Assembly: GCA_964393745.1 (NCBI GenBank)
Contig: CAYMVA010000032.1
Span: forward strand, 69,943 to 133,942
Length of the DNA: 64,000 nt
Reading direction: 5' to 3'
Origin: an uncultured Enterobacteriaceae bacterium
GTDB lineage: Bacteria; Pseudomonadota; Gammaproteobacteria; Burkholderiales; SG8-39
A model generated the notes under the pieces. It saw only the letters and a program-made list of their open reading frames with translations, was not told the origin of the DNA and did no database searches. The translations under genes and the position numbers were made by a program. Position 1 is the stretch's first letter. Each line of letters starts with the position of its first letter. Positions 49,401 through 57,387 of this stretch are shown piece by piece.

Positions 49401-49923
49401 AAGCCGAGGGCGGTGAGGTCGTGAGCACGGTCGCCTGCGCCGGGTCTGCGTAGAAGATGCCGTCATTGCCAAGCTTGATGTAGTCGGCCGTCGTGGCGTG
49501 AAACGAGCCGCCGACGTCGAGCCGCGCGGTCGGCCCGAAGATGATGCCGGCGGGGTTCATCAGGAACAGATTGGCGGTCCCGAAATCGAGCGTGTTGATG
49601 GTGCCGAAGATGTTCGAGGGGTTTCCGGCCGTGACACGGGCCAAGATGTTCGCGGTGGCCGGGGCAGCGGGACTGTTGAGGAAGTTGGCGCTCTCGCCCG
49701 TGTTCACACTGAAGTTGCCGAAGCTGTGGAACAGATTCGTTCCGCCGCTTGGCCTCGTGCCTCCGGTGATGTTGTAGGTACCCGCCACAGGCTGGTCGAC
49801 CGCCGTACCGAGGCCGCTGGGAGTCACCTGGGCATGGCTGACAGAGGGCAGGCCGCTCGAAGTGCAAAGCAGCGTACCCACCAGCACAGCCTGAAATCTG
49901 CCGCCGCAACGTCGCGTGGTCAT
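46489..49923 (-). CDS. TpsA-type exoprotein with an N-terminal haemagglutination-activity (TPS) domain and a beta-helical passenger
   Basis: Signal peptide, TPS motifs GGTNLFHSFGNFSV and FLMNPAGIIFG, then long Gly/Ser/Thr/Asn beta-helix repeats. 1144 aa. Strong RBS gtgaggag. Confidence 0.88.
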   Translation of the reverse strand: MTTRRCGGRFQAVLVGTLLCTSSGLPSVSHAQVTPSGLGTAVDQPVAGTYNITGGTRPSGGTNLFHSFGNFSVNTGESANFLNSPAAPATANILARVTAGNPSNIFGTINTLDFGTANLFLMNPAGIIFGPTARLDVGGSFHATTADYIKLGNDGIFYADPAQATVLTTSPPSAFGFLSANPKPIEVQTGGIDFSIFYPAAQLMVPQEQTLSLVGGNAPGSDIPGVSIGALDGSTPGYVVAPGGRVNLVSVASAGEATFDGVGFNVDGFSKLGSIKVGPGSIVDGKEIFIRGGNLAINDGVVLPGAFAFELSFVGFSPLPDGGQVNIKVTDAVTITGSARELLTFAPPGIFVYTGDPLGNYVAPAAKVPDVTINAGSVSISGFAGIQVQRNAPGEAGHVTINADKVSVGSGGSIVLINAIEGEGPSLTINARQVDVSGNGSDSPFAFEGLAAQGLRNPAYPFSSMEGQLITGNSGNITINASDSLAVSGLGQITTDSRNFGRAGDITINAGSVLVAGTGDPQSALIGSQSSFAGDSGNITIKAAGSIAVKDGGRITSTTFGAGNAGNITLTAGGPITLSGSDARIVGATFQPPDDQLNDLFNSVFFRTFDDFRAEMGNPSAKLMEVLAYLRSHGFDWTTFTPTDVAPFWVDIPNPPLTPGNAGAVSITTPALTLNAGTRIETSTGWESNAGSVVGNVGTLSVLDGGAIRSRSGVEFLDGSIGVGSGSAGSVMVSASDTITVSGQGSAISTSTFGDGSGGDVTLTAGNQVAVLNGGRVVGESGGLLGGTVAVGTGSGGSVSISAGNAINISGPGSTVSTTTFGDGAGGNVTLSANQVDVQSGGKAASESGGLLGGAVAVGTGAGGTVGIAAGSAITISGQDSVVSTSTFGDGKGGDVVLNAGNRVAILDGGRLKADSGGPLGGSIVSGLGEAGSVTITSGSEIYLNNGQITTQALTADGGNITLKAPFMVQLQDSVISTSVAGGLGQGGNILIDPQFVILNNSSIIANAFGGPGGNITIIADNFLASITSVIEASSALSTPGVIQIVSPDNNVESSIGQLPAAFLDASSQLRGLCSARRTGAPSSFVVAGRGGVPVDAGGYLPSFGSDVATGLAGARGPVRADAGPDGPRYALALAMADYRDCSR
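47137..47745 (-). repeat. Three tandem repeats of about 67 aa (about 200 bp) inside the tpsA coding sequence
   Basis: The units share ISG-x-GS-x-(I/V)STxTFGDGxGG(D/N)V-(10 or 11 aa)-GG-(5 aa)-(E/D)SGG(L/P)LGG, spanning roughly aa 727-929. Confidence 0.6.
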
Positions 49924-49971
49924 AGAGTTCTCCTCACCTGCCCAGGCCCCGCGTTGTCAATGGCACCGCAG

Positions 49972-49998
49972 TCCTGCGCCCCCTTCGGGAGCGCAGGA
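49972..49998 (-). other. Strong stem-loop between the Cys-rich gene and tpsA (intra-operon RNA structure or partial terminator)
   Basis: tcctgcgc (49972..49979) pairs with gcgcagga (49991..49998). There is no U-tract. Confidence 0.4.
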
Positions 49999-50010
49999 TT
50001 CGCTGCTAGG

Positions 50011-51654
50011 TCACCATTGGACGATGCTGATATTGGGGAAATCCGTCGTGAAATCGAACGGAAAACTGCCCGCCGGGTTTTGCACGGTCGTTCCGCTCAA
50101 ATGCAGGGTAACGGTGGGCGGATTCGTGGGATTGTGAACTCGGATGGCCGCCGCCAGCTCCGGACATCTCCGGTACACCAAGCGAAGCCCATACTTCAAG
50201 GGAACGGTGCTGATAACAAAATTCTGAATTGGCGCCTCTATTGGGGCAATGCCTTCGAGCTTCGGCGCTGCGGAAAGGGGCGAGATCAGGATGTCGGTAT
50301 TCGCCAACGAAACCTGATCTGGGATCGTTACTTGGAGTTTGCCCGCGTTGAGGTCGCCGGCGCCCCCGCAGGCGACATTGATGGTGCCTTGATCTATCGT
50401 GGCCAAGATGTCGTTATTACCCAGCTTAATCTTTTCGACGTCCTGGGTGCCCGTGTGGAGCACTTTTTGGGTGGAGGTGATCCCACATATGCGCAACTGA
50501 TTGTCAAACCCTTCGCCAGGACTCGGCAAATCACCAGTGAAGATTCCACCCCCATTGACGAGGTTGGTGTTGTCACTGAACAAGCCGACGTCCGACTGGC
50601 AGTAGCGCGCGTACGCCTCCTTCGGGGTTCCCTTTACGTATGACGTCGGCGGTGATAATTCCGGTAGGGTCGGCAGCCTCGTCGTCGGGTCGCAGGACCC
50701 CACGGTGGAGACTTCCTTATAGACCAGCAGCTGCCCTACCGTCATTGGCTGAATCTGGCCCGAATCCAACGCGTTCGGAACGGAGGCGACACTCGGAAAC
50801 GCGGTATTACACGCAGTGGTGTCGACGACAAACGTGGTGGTCTTGCCTTTCGTCACGTATTTCCCGGGAATCCCGCCGAGCTGCATGGTGCACGCGCCAG
50901 CTTCGAAACGTGTCTGGCTGCAGGGCCCAGTGAAATCGGGTATCGCGGTGGTTATCAGCTCCTTAAGCGTCAGAAAACCTTCCACCTTGACGCCGTTGCC
51001 GCAGGCGAACGTGTAATTAAGCTCGGTCCCAACGACGGGGGGGTTCGAAGAGGAGTCCCTGCAGGTGCGGAGGGCGAAGGCCGTACTCGTGTCGCCCGGT
51101 TTGTGCTTGGGATTCTGCAGGTCCGTAAAGGTGCCGCAGTTGTTGCCGATTCCCGAGTTGGCGTCTTCGCATGCCAACGGAGCGGTGGATTCATATTTGA
51201 CGCTGAAATCGAACTTTCCGCTCCCGTACGGCGCGTCTGCGTGGTGTTCAGGCAGAAATGGTACGGGTGGGCTAGAAGTTCCCGTCTGATTCCACCCACT
51301 GCACGTAGCATAGTTACCCGCTCCGACCACCTCCTGCGTCACCCTGATCGGTTTATTCAAATCACCAGGCACACCCGGTTCGGACGACCACTGGCCTTGG
51401 AATTCCGTCCAAGTACATTTGATAGCCTGTCCGTGGTGGCTGATGTAGGTGATGCTGCCGCCCACGGTCTGGGTGCTGCAGCTGGTGGAAATTTTCGTCC
51501 AGCCAGTAGGGCACACGGCGTTGTTCGTGCAGGCCCTGGCGCCCGTCGAGCTGCGGCAGGTTATCGCGGCGAAGGCATCCTGCACCAGCGATAACCCGAG
51601 CACCGCAAATGCGAAGGCCGAAAGGGATTTAACGAATGAGTAACGGCTGATCAT
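50011..51654 (-). CDS. Orphan secreted cysteine-rich protein (547 aa, 18 Cys); I recognise no family
   Basis: Signal peptide AFAFAVLGLSLVQDAFA and RBS aaggaga. Hand-counted GC is about 52-63% per line, against about 65-72% in neighbouring genes. It is the first gene of the tpsA-tpsB transcription direction. Confidence 0.7.
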   Translation of the reverse strand: MISRYSFVKSLSAFAFAVLGLSLVQDAFAAITCRSSTGARACTNNAVCPTGWTKISTSCSTQTVGGSITYISHHGQAIKCTWTEFQGQWSSEPGVPGDLNKPIRVTQEVVGAGNYATCSGWNQTGTSSPPVPFLPEHHADAPYGSGKFDFSVKYESTAPLACEDANSGIGNNCGTFTDLQNPKHKPGDTSTAFALRTCRDSSSNPPVVGTELNYTFACGNGVKVEGFLTLKELITTAIPDFTGPCSQTRFEAGACTMQLGGIPGKYVTKGKTTTFVVDTTACNTAFPSVASVPNALDSGQIQPMTVGQLLVYKEVSTVGSCDPTTRLPTLPELSPPTSYVKGTPKEAYARYCQSDVGLFSDNTNLVNGGGIFTGDLPSPGEGFDNQLRICGITSTQKVLHTGTQDVEKIKLGNNDILATIDQGTINVACGGAGDLNAGKLQVTIPDQVSLANTDILISPLSAAPKLEGIAPIEAPIQNFVISTVPLKYGLRLVYRRCPELAAAIRVHNPTNPPTVTLHLSGTTVQNPAGSFPFDFTTDFPNISIVQW

Positions 51655-51678
51655 GGCGCCTCTCCTTGACTTCGGAAA

Positions 51679-51706
51679 ATTGCAAGGTATTCAAACTAGT
51701 ATTCAA
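51679..51706 (-). promoter_or_regulatory. Candidate sigma70 promoter for the Cys-rich gene
   Basis: On the minus strand: TTGAAT (51706..51701), a 16-nt spacer, then TGCAAT (51684..51679). It overlaps an 8-bp direct repeat TTGAATAC x2. Confidence 0.3.
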
Positions 51707-51855
51707 GCGGTTCCCCTCCCAGGGGAATTAATGCACCTTATTCCCTTCGTCCGACTGGGTCAAGGGATGCATGACCTAGGACATCCAGCCCGCCGGCACC
51801 CAACCCGGGCTGCTATGCTGCGCCGCGCCACCCCACACTGCGGAGTACCCCCGCC

Positions 51856-52779
51856 TTGTCGCTGCCGCAGGGTCACCTCGTCAAGGGCCTCGGCTGGATC
51901 GCGCTCGCGATCCTGTGCTGGGCGCCGCTGTTCCCGACCGCCAAGCGGGCGCTGCCGTTCGTGGATGCGTTCGCGCTCGGCACGCTGCGCTACGCGATCG
52001 GCACGGTGCTTTTCATAGCGCTGCTGGTCGCGTTCGAGGGGCGGCGGGCGCTGCGCTACGACGGGCGCTTCGTGGCAGCGGCGCTGTTCGGCGTCATCGG
52101 CATCACCGGCTTCAACACTCTCGTTTGGTACGGGCTCACCTACACGCGCCCGGAGCATGGAGCCATCATCATGAGCCTGCAAACGCCGCTCACCGCGCTT
52201 GCTGTGTGGCTGACGCGCGGCCTGCGCCCGGCGCGCTTCACGCAGGCGTGCATCGCGCTGGCGCTTTTCGGCGTGTTCCTGGTGGTCACCAAGGGCAGCC
52301 TTGCGAGCGCGTTCGAGGGCGGCGCGCTCGCCGGCGACCTGGTGATCCTTCTCGGTGCGCTAAGCTGGGTGATCTACACCATCGCCGGGGCGCGCTTCTC
52401 CGGCTGGTCGCCGCTGCGCTTCACCGTGCTCACCTGCCTGCCCGGTGCGGCGGGGCTTTTCATCGTCAATGGCGTCGCAATCGCAGCGGGCATTGCGGTA
52501 GTGCCGAGCGTTGCTGCGGTCGCCGAGATCGGCTGGCAGATCGCCTATTTCGCGGTCTGCACCGTGGTGCTCGGTGTGCTGGGCTTCAATTTCGCGGTGA
52601 AGTATCTCGGCGCGCTCAACACCATGCTGATGCTCAATCTGATCCCGGTGTCGGTGTTCGTGATCGAGGCGGTGCTCGGGCGCCAATTCGCCGCCATCGA
52701 GATCGCCGGCGGCGCGGTGGTGATCGGCGCGCTGGTCGCCAACAACCTCTATCTGCGCCAGGTCAGCGCGCGGGCGTGA
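51856..52779 (+). CDS. EamA/DMT-family transporter
   Basis: Ten-TM-like profile, 307 aa, TTG start. The last 4 codons lie inside direct repeat DR-A. Confidence 0.8.
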   Translation: MSLPQGHLVKGLGWIALAILCWAPLFPTAKRALPFVDAFALGTLRYAIGTVLFIALLVAFEGRRALRYDGRFVAAALFGVIGITGFNTLVWYGLTYTRPEHGAIIMSLQTPLTALAVWLTRGLRPARFTQACIALALFGVFLVVTKGSLASAFEGGALAGDLVILLGALSWVIYTIAGARFSGWSPLRFTVLTCLPGAAGLFIVNGVAIAAGIAVVPSVAAVAEIGWQIAYFAVCTVVLGVLGFNFAVKYLGALNTMLMLNLIPVSVFVIEAVLGRQFAAIEIAGGAVVIGALVANNLYLRQVSARA

Positions 52780-52805
52780 GCCTGAGCAGCTTGTGCGGCT
52801 GCGCT
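52768..52805 (+). repeat. 38-bp perfect direct repeat, copy A
   Basis: gcgcgggcgtgagcctgagcagcttgtgcggctgcgct is identical to 54779..54816. Confidence 0.95.
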
Positions 52806-54778
52806 GCAGAATGTGATCGCATGTATGATCAATCGCCCGATCCGGAGCGCGTGCAGTGATTGCCAAGTGGCTTGAATGGCTGCGCAAGCCGACGCCTGTC
52901 AGCCTTGCGCTGGGATTTGCCGCGACCCTTCTTGTCATCGGTCTGCGCAGCGCGGGATTTCTTCAGTTCGTCGAGCTGGCGACTTACGACGCCTACCTGC
53001 GCGTGAAAGAGCACCAGAGTGTGCCGGAACCGCGCATCGTGCTGGTGCAAACGGTCGAGGAAGACATCCAGAAGCTCGGCGAGTGGCCGATCTCCGACCG
53101 CCGCATGGCCGAGGTGTTGAAGAAAGTTCTGGCCAGCAACCCGCGCGCTGTAGGCGTGGATCTGTATCGCGATATCCCGGTGCCGCCCGGCAGTGACGAA
53201 TTGAGCGCCTTGCTGACCGGCGACAAGCGCGTCATCTTCATCGAGAAGTTTGGCAAGGACAGCAGCAAGCGTGTCGCGGGTCCCGCCGCCTTGCGTGGCA
53301 CCGAGCGGATCGGATTTTCGGATGTCACCCCTGACGACGACGGGGTGGTGCGCCGCGGGCTGCTGTTTCTGGATGACGGCAAGACCTCGTCAACGTCGCT
53401 TGCGTTGCGCCTTGCGCTCGCCTACCTGGCCGAAGAAGGCGTCACACCACAGCCCGATGCCGACGACCCGACGCACATCCGCCTCGGCCGGGTGACGCTA
53501 CGGCCGTTCGAGGCGGACGACGGGGGCTACGTCGGCGCGGATGCTCAGGGGTATCAATATCTGCTCGATTTCCGGGGTGGCGCGCAGCGTTTCAAGACTT
53601 ACTCGCTAAGCGAGGTGTTGGAAGGCCGCGTGGAGCCGAATTTGATCAAGGGCAGCGTCGTAATTTTCGGGGTCAATGCAGAAAGCGTGAAGGACGAGTT
53701 CCTGACACCGTTCGACCGTTTCACCCGGCGCGGCCACGCCACCGCGGGAATTGCCGTGCACGGCTACGAGGTTAGCCAGCTCATTCGCGGCGCCCTGCAA
53801 GGCGACGTGCCCATACGGTTCCTGAGTGACCGTTTCGAAAACCTGTGGATCTTGCTCTGGAGCCTCGCCGCCGCGATGGTGGGAAAGTTTGCGCGCAGCA
53901 CCGTGCGCTTTTCGCTGTCCACGGCGGCCGGGCTGCTCCTTCTCGTAGGCGCGACCCTGTTCGCGTTCCTCGAGCACTGGTGGCTGCCGGTCGCGCCGGC
54001 CGCCATCGTCTGGCTGGGTTCGGCGGGCCTGGTGACTGCATTCCTCTCCGGGCACGAGCGGCAGGAGAAGAAGTTCCTGATGGATCTGTTCTCCAGAAGC
54101 GTCTCGCCGGCGATCGCCGACGAGATGTGGAAACAGCGCGCCAGTTTCATCAAGGGCGGCAGGCTCGAGCCGCAGACGATGACCGTCACGATCCTGTTTT
54201 CGGATCTGGCGGGCTTCACCACGGTTTCGGAACGCCTGACCCCCGCGCAACTGATGGACTGGCTGAACCAGTACATGGAAACCATGGCGGGATTGGTGAT
54301 CAAGCACGGCGGGGTGGTGGATGACTATTATGGCGATGCGATCAAGGCCAACTTCGGCGTGCCCTTGCCTCGCACCAGCGCCGAGGAAATCCGCCAGGAC
54401 GCCGCCAACGCCATGCGCTGTGCCTTGGACATGCGGCGGGAAATGGAACAGCTGGTCGCATCCTGGTCCGCCCAAGGCGCGCCGCTGGTCAAGGTGCGCG
54501 TAGGCATTGCCACGGGGCCGGTGGTGGCGGGCTGCCTCGGCAGCGCGCAGCGGATGAAGTACACAACCATCGGCGACGTCGTCAATACGGCCGCGCGGCT
54601 CGAGAGCTACGGCAAGGAGATTCCCGAGCACCTGGTCAATCCCTATTGCCAGGTCATGGTGGCAGCCTCGACGGTGGCGCAACTCGATGGCGAGTTCAAG
54701 CTCGAGCCGATCGGGACCCTGCAGCTGAAAGGCAAGACACAGGGCGTGGACGTGTTTGCCCTGCTCGGTACTAAAGAG
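52806..54778 (+). other. Putative inserted segment (1973 bp) carrying the cyclase gene, bounded by the 38-bp direct repeats
   Basis: It lies exactly between DR-A and DR-B. Hand-counted GC is lower, about 48-62% per line. The cyclase ORF has no stop of its own and terminates inside DR-B. Confidence 0.6.
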
Positions 54779-54790
54779 GCGCGGGCGTGA
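52856..54790 (+). CDS. CHASE2 sensor domain - class III adenylate/guanylate cyclase
   Basis: N-terminal TM helix, a periplasmic CHASE2-like region, a TM cluster, and a cyclase domain (VTILFSDLAGFTTVSE...YYGDAIKANFG...TTIGDVVNTAARLE). GTG start. Confidence 0.88.
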   Translation: MIAKWLEWLRKPTPVSLALGFAATLLVIGLRSAGFLQFVELATYDAYLRVKEHQSVPEPRIVLVQTVEEDIQKLGEWPISDRRMAEVLKKVLASNPRAVGVDLYRDIPVPPGSDELSALLTGDKRVIFIEKFGKDSSKRVAGPAALRGTERIGFSDVTPDDDGVVRRGLLFLDDGKTSSTSLALRLALAYLAEEGVTPQPDADDPTHIRLGRVTLRPFEADDGGYVGADAQGYQYLLDFRGGAQRFKTYSLSEVLEGRVEPNLIKGSVVIFGVNAESVKDEFLTPFDRFTRRGHATAGIAVHGYEVSQLIRGALQGDVPIRFLSDRFENLWILLWSLAAAMVGKFARSTVRFSLSTAAGLLLLVGATLFAFLEHWWLPVAPAAIVWLGSAGLVTAFLSGHERQEKKFLMDLFSRSVSPAIADEMWKQRASFIKGGRLEPQTMTVTILFSDLAGFTTVSERLTPAQLMDWLNQYMETMAGLVIKHGGVVDDYYGDAIKANFGVPLPRTSAEEIRQDAANAMRCALDMRREMEQLVASWSAQGAPLVKVRVGIATGPVVAGCLGSAQRMKYTTIGDVVNTAARLESYGKEIPEHLVNPYCQVMVAASTVAQLDGEFKLEPIGTLQLKGKTQGVDVFALLGTKEARA

Positions 54791-57185
54791 GCCTGAGCAG
54801 CTTGTGCGGCTGCGCTTCGAGCGTCTTGCGCGCGGTCACCATCTGGATGTACTCGCCCTTCGCCCAGGCCTCGGTGAACGCCTCGTAGTGCGGCGACAGC
54901 AGGTTGCCCGACTGGCCGCCGGAGTGGATGTAGAGGGATTTCTCGAGGTCAGAGAGGTCGTAAATCGCGCGCAGGCTGGCGGCGTGGCGGTTGGCGAAGG
55001 GCTGCGCCTCGTCGTTGAAATTGTTGCGCCCTACGTTCACCGTGTAGACGTCGCCCGGCGTGGGCACGCGGATGTCGAAGGCGCGCGCGAGCAGCGGCTG
55101 CCGGCTGAAGGGCCGGTGCTCGTGGCGCGCGACGTGCGCCTCGCCCCAGCGCCAACCTGACGAATCCTCCCCGTAGCGCTGGCGCAGGTCGGCGAGCGCC
55201 GCTTCAAGGGATAGCGCAAGCAGCTCCTCGCAGGTCTCTATGGCGGGCGTGCGCACGTCGTCGCACCAACGCGCTTGCTCGCGATCGCCCGAGATCGCCT
55301 TGGCGACGAAAGTCGCGCGCGCGAGCCAGTTGCTGCGGAACGCATCGCCCAGCTCGTCGGCGTAGAGCGCGCGTGTCAATTCGCGCCACCAGCCCCAGGC
55401 GATCAGCGGCTCAGGCCGCCCCGGCGCCATCTCGCCATCCCATTTCGCCAGTTGCGCGAGCGCGCGGCGCGCCTCTTCGCTCCTTGGGCGGGTGGCGAGC
55501 AGCCGCGGCAACGACTCGCGCATCGCGAGCGACACCACGTCGCCCTGCATGCGCGCGAAGCTCGCGACGTTGTGCTTCGGCGTTGCGTCGAGCAGCGCAC
55601 GGATGCGGTCGGCGCGGTAGGGCGACTGCCATTCGGCGCTGATGAAGTGCGGGTAGCCGGGTGGCGTGATCTTGTGATTTGCCGTGTGCAGCTCGCCGCT
55701 CGCTGGGTTGTAGGCGCGCGGCAGGGCATCGAAGGGCAGGTAGCCGTCCCAGTCGTATTTCGCCAGCCAGCCAGGCGCGGGCGCAAGGCCTTTCAGATCG
55801 TTATCGGGCTTTCTCAGCGGCACGCGACCCGCGGCGACAAAGCCGATGTTGCCCTCGATATCGGCGTACACCATGTTCTGCTGCGGGGTGTGGAAGTCGC
55901 GCACCGCGGCGAGGAACCCTTCCCAGTCCCGGGCGCGCGCGAGCTTGAGCGCCGCCTGCGGCGTGAGATCGTCCTCGAGCAGCGCGGTCCAGGCGAAAGC
56001 GAGCACGTGTCCGCGCGGCGCCACGTCCTGCGCCGGGCGCAGCACGTCGGACACGATGGGGCCGTGGCGCGAGACGCGGATCCGCAGCCGCTCGGGCTCG
56101 GCGCCCTTCACGTGGATTGTTTCCTCGATTACCTGGAAGGCGCGCGGGCCCTCGGGCGTCATGTAATTGCCGGCGTTGTCCAGCTTCTCGATGTACAGGT
56201 CCTGCACGTCGGGGCCGGTGTTGGTGAAGCCCCAGGCGAAACGATCGCTGCGGCCGAGCACGATCGCCGGCATCCCGGGCAGCGAGGCGCCGATCAGGTT
56301 GGCTCCGGCGACCGAAAGGTGCGCGAAGTACCACACCGGCGGCGCGGTGAGGCTTAGGTGCGGATCGTTGGCGAGCAGCGGCTTGCCGCTTACGGTGCGA
56401 GCGCCGGAAACCACCCAGTTATTCGAGCCGATGCCTTCCGGTTGCACGCCCGGGGCGAGCTCGGCGAGGCGGATGCCGTCCTCGGCGAGCTGCACGCCTT
56501 CGCGCTCGAGCGCGCCATAGAGCGTTTTCAGGTCGGCGATCTCGGGCGGCGCCTCGCCCGGATAGGGCGCGACGAATTCCTGGATGCGCGCCAGCGGCAG
56601 CGTCTTCGCCAGGCGCATGCGCAGCACTTCGTTGCGCCAGTTGCCGCCCAGGTCCCAGGCCATCATCTTCATCCACGCCACCGAGTCGGCGGGCGTCCAG
56701 GGCTCGGGCTGCGTGCCGGTGATCCAGAATTCGGGCGGCAGCACAGGCGCCGAAGCGAGGAACGCATTGATGCCGGCAGCGTAGGCCCCGAGCATGCGGC
56801 GCGTCTCGGCGTCGAACGCGCGCAGGTTCGCCTCCGCCGCGCGCCGCACGCCGAGCGTGCGCAGGAAGCGGTCGGTTTCGAGCGCGCCTTTGCCCACCAC
56901 CTCGGCAAGCCGCCCGGCGGCGATGCGCCGGTTCATCTCCAATTGCCAGAGCCGGTCCTGCGCGTGCACGTAGCCGAGCGCGAAACTCGCGTCCTCGTAG
57001 GTCGCGGCGAATATGTGAGGCACGCCGTAGCGGTCGCGCAGCACCTCTACAGGCGCCGAGAGCCCGGCAAGCCGCACCTCGCCCTCGACCTCGGGCAGCG
57101 ATTGCCGCAGATACAGGTACCCGCCTGCAACGGCGAGCACAGCAAGCCCCAACACCACAACCAGCAGCCGGGCGAGCACCCTCAT
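54771..57185 (-). CDS. Penicillin acylase family Ntn-hydrolase (possible acyl-homoserine-lactone acylase)
   Basis: The ATG at 57185 gives signal/TM MRVLARLLVVVLGLAVLAVAGG. The Ntn nucleophile context is GIGSNNWVVSG. The 16 codons upstream of 57185 are encoded by repeat family A and are discarded. Confidence 0.9.
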   Translation of the reverse strand: MRVLARLLVVVLGLAVLAVAGGYLYLRQSLPEVEGEVRLAGLSAPVEVLRDRYGVPHIFAATYEDASFALGYVHAQDRLWQLEMNRRIAAGRLAEVVGKGALETDRFLRTLGVRRAAEANLRAFDAETRRMLGAYAAGINAFLASAPVLPPEFWITGTQPEPWTPADSVAWMKMMAWDLGGNWRNEVLRMRLAKTLPLARIQEFVAPYPGEAPPEIADLKTLYGALEREGVQLAEDGIRLAELAPGVQPEGIGSNNWVVSGARTVSGKPLLANDPHLSLTAPPVWYFAHLSVAGANLIGASLPGMPAIVLGRSDRFAWGFTNTGPDVQDLYIEKLDNAGNYMTPEGPRAFQVIEETIHVKGAEPERLRIRVSRHGPIVSDVLRPAQDVAPRGHVLAFAWTALLEDDLTPQAALKLARARDWEGFLAAVRDFHTPQQNMVYADIEGNIGFVAAGRVPLRKPDNDLKGLAPAPGWLAKYDWDGYLPFDALPRAYNPASGELHTANHKITPPGYPHFISAEWQSPYRADRIRALLDATPKHNVASFARMQGDVVSLAMRESLPRLLATRPRSEEARRALAQLAKWDGEMAPGRPEPLIAWGWWRELTRALYADELGDAFRSNWLARATFVAKAISGDREQARWCDDVRTPAIETCEELLALSLEAALADLRQRYGEDSSGWRWGEAHVARHEHRPFSRQPLLARAFDIRVPTPGDVYTVNVGRNNFNDEAQPFANRHAASLRAIYDLSDLEKSLYIHSGGQSGNLLSPHYEAFTEAWAKGEYIQMVTARKTLEAQPHKLLRLTPAPL
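54779..54816 (+). repeat. 38-bp perfect direct repeat, copy B
   Basis: Identical to 52768..52805. It contains the cyclase stop codon and encodes most of the last 15 codons of the acylase on the other strand. Confidence 0.95.
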
Positions 57186-57200
57186 ACGTTCAAGAATACC

Positions 57201-57336
57201 GAAAATCGGGGACAGAGCCCGATTTCCAGACAATCGGGGTCAGAGCCCGATTTCGGTTCGGTAAATCGCTTTGTGCGATTTTGCGCAAAATCGCCCCGGG
57301 CGATTTGCCCGAAATCGGGCTCTGTCCCCGATTTTC
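57201..57336. repeat. Repeat family A cluster (nested hairpins)
   Basis: gaaaatcggggacagagccc, caatcggggtcagagccc, internal aaatcgc/gcgattt hairpins, and the inverted unit gggctctgtccccgattttc. Confidence 0.8.
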
Positions 57337-57387
57337 CAGAATCTGCTATATAACTGGTTGGTTACACGGCTCACAGGAGGCCCGCCG

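Noticed and set aside
52806-54778. The cyclase insertion as an IS element or transposon.
   Set aside because: The segment has no transposase ORF and no terminal inverted repeats, and the duplication is 38 bp. It is reported as an unexplained insertion instead.
57186-57387. N-terminal extensions of the acylase (to 57233) and PhaZ (from 57271), and likewise the TM-repeat protein (to 60708) and the FAH ORF (to 62851).
   Set aside because: The extra codons are encoded by the family A intergenic repeats (recurrent SPIF/GTDPG peptides). Better starts with an RBS exist downstream.
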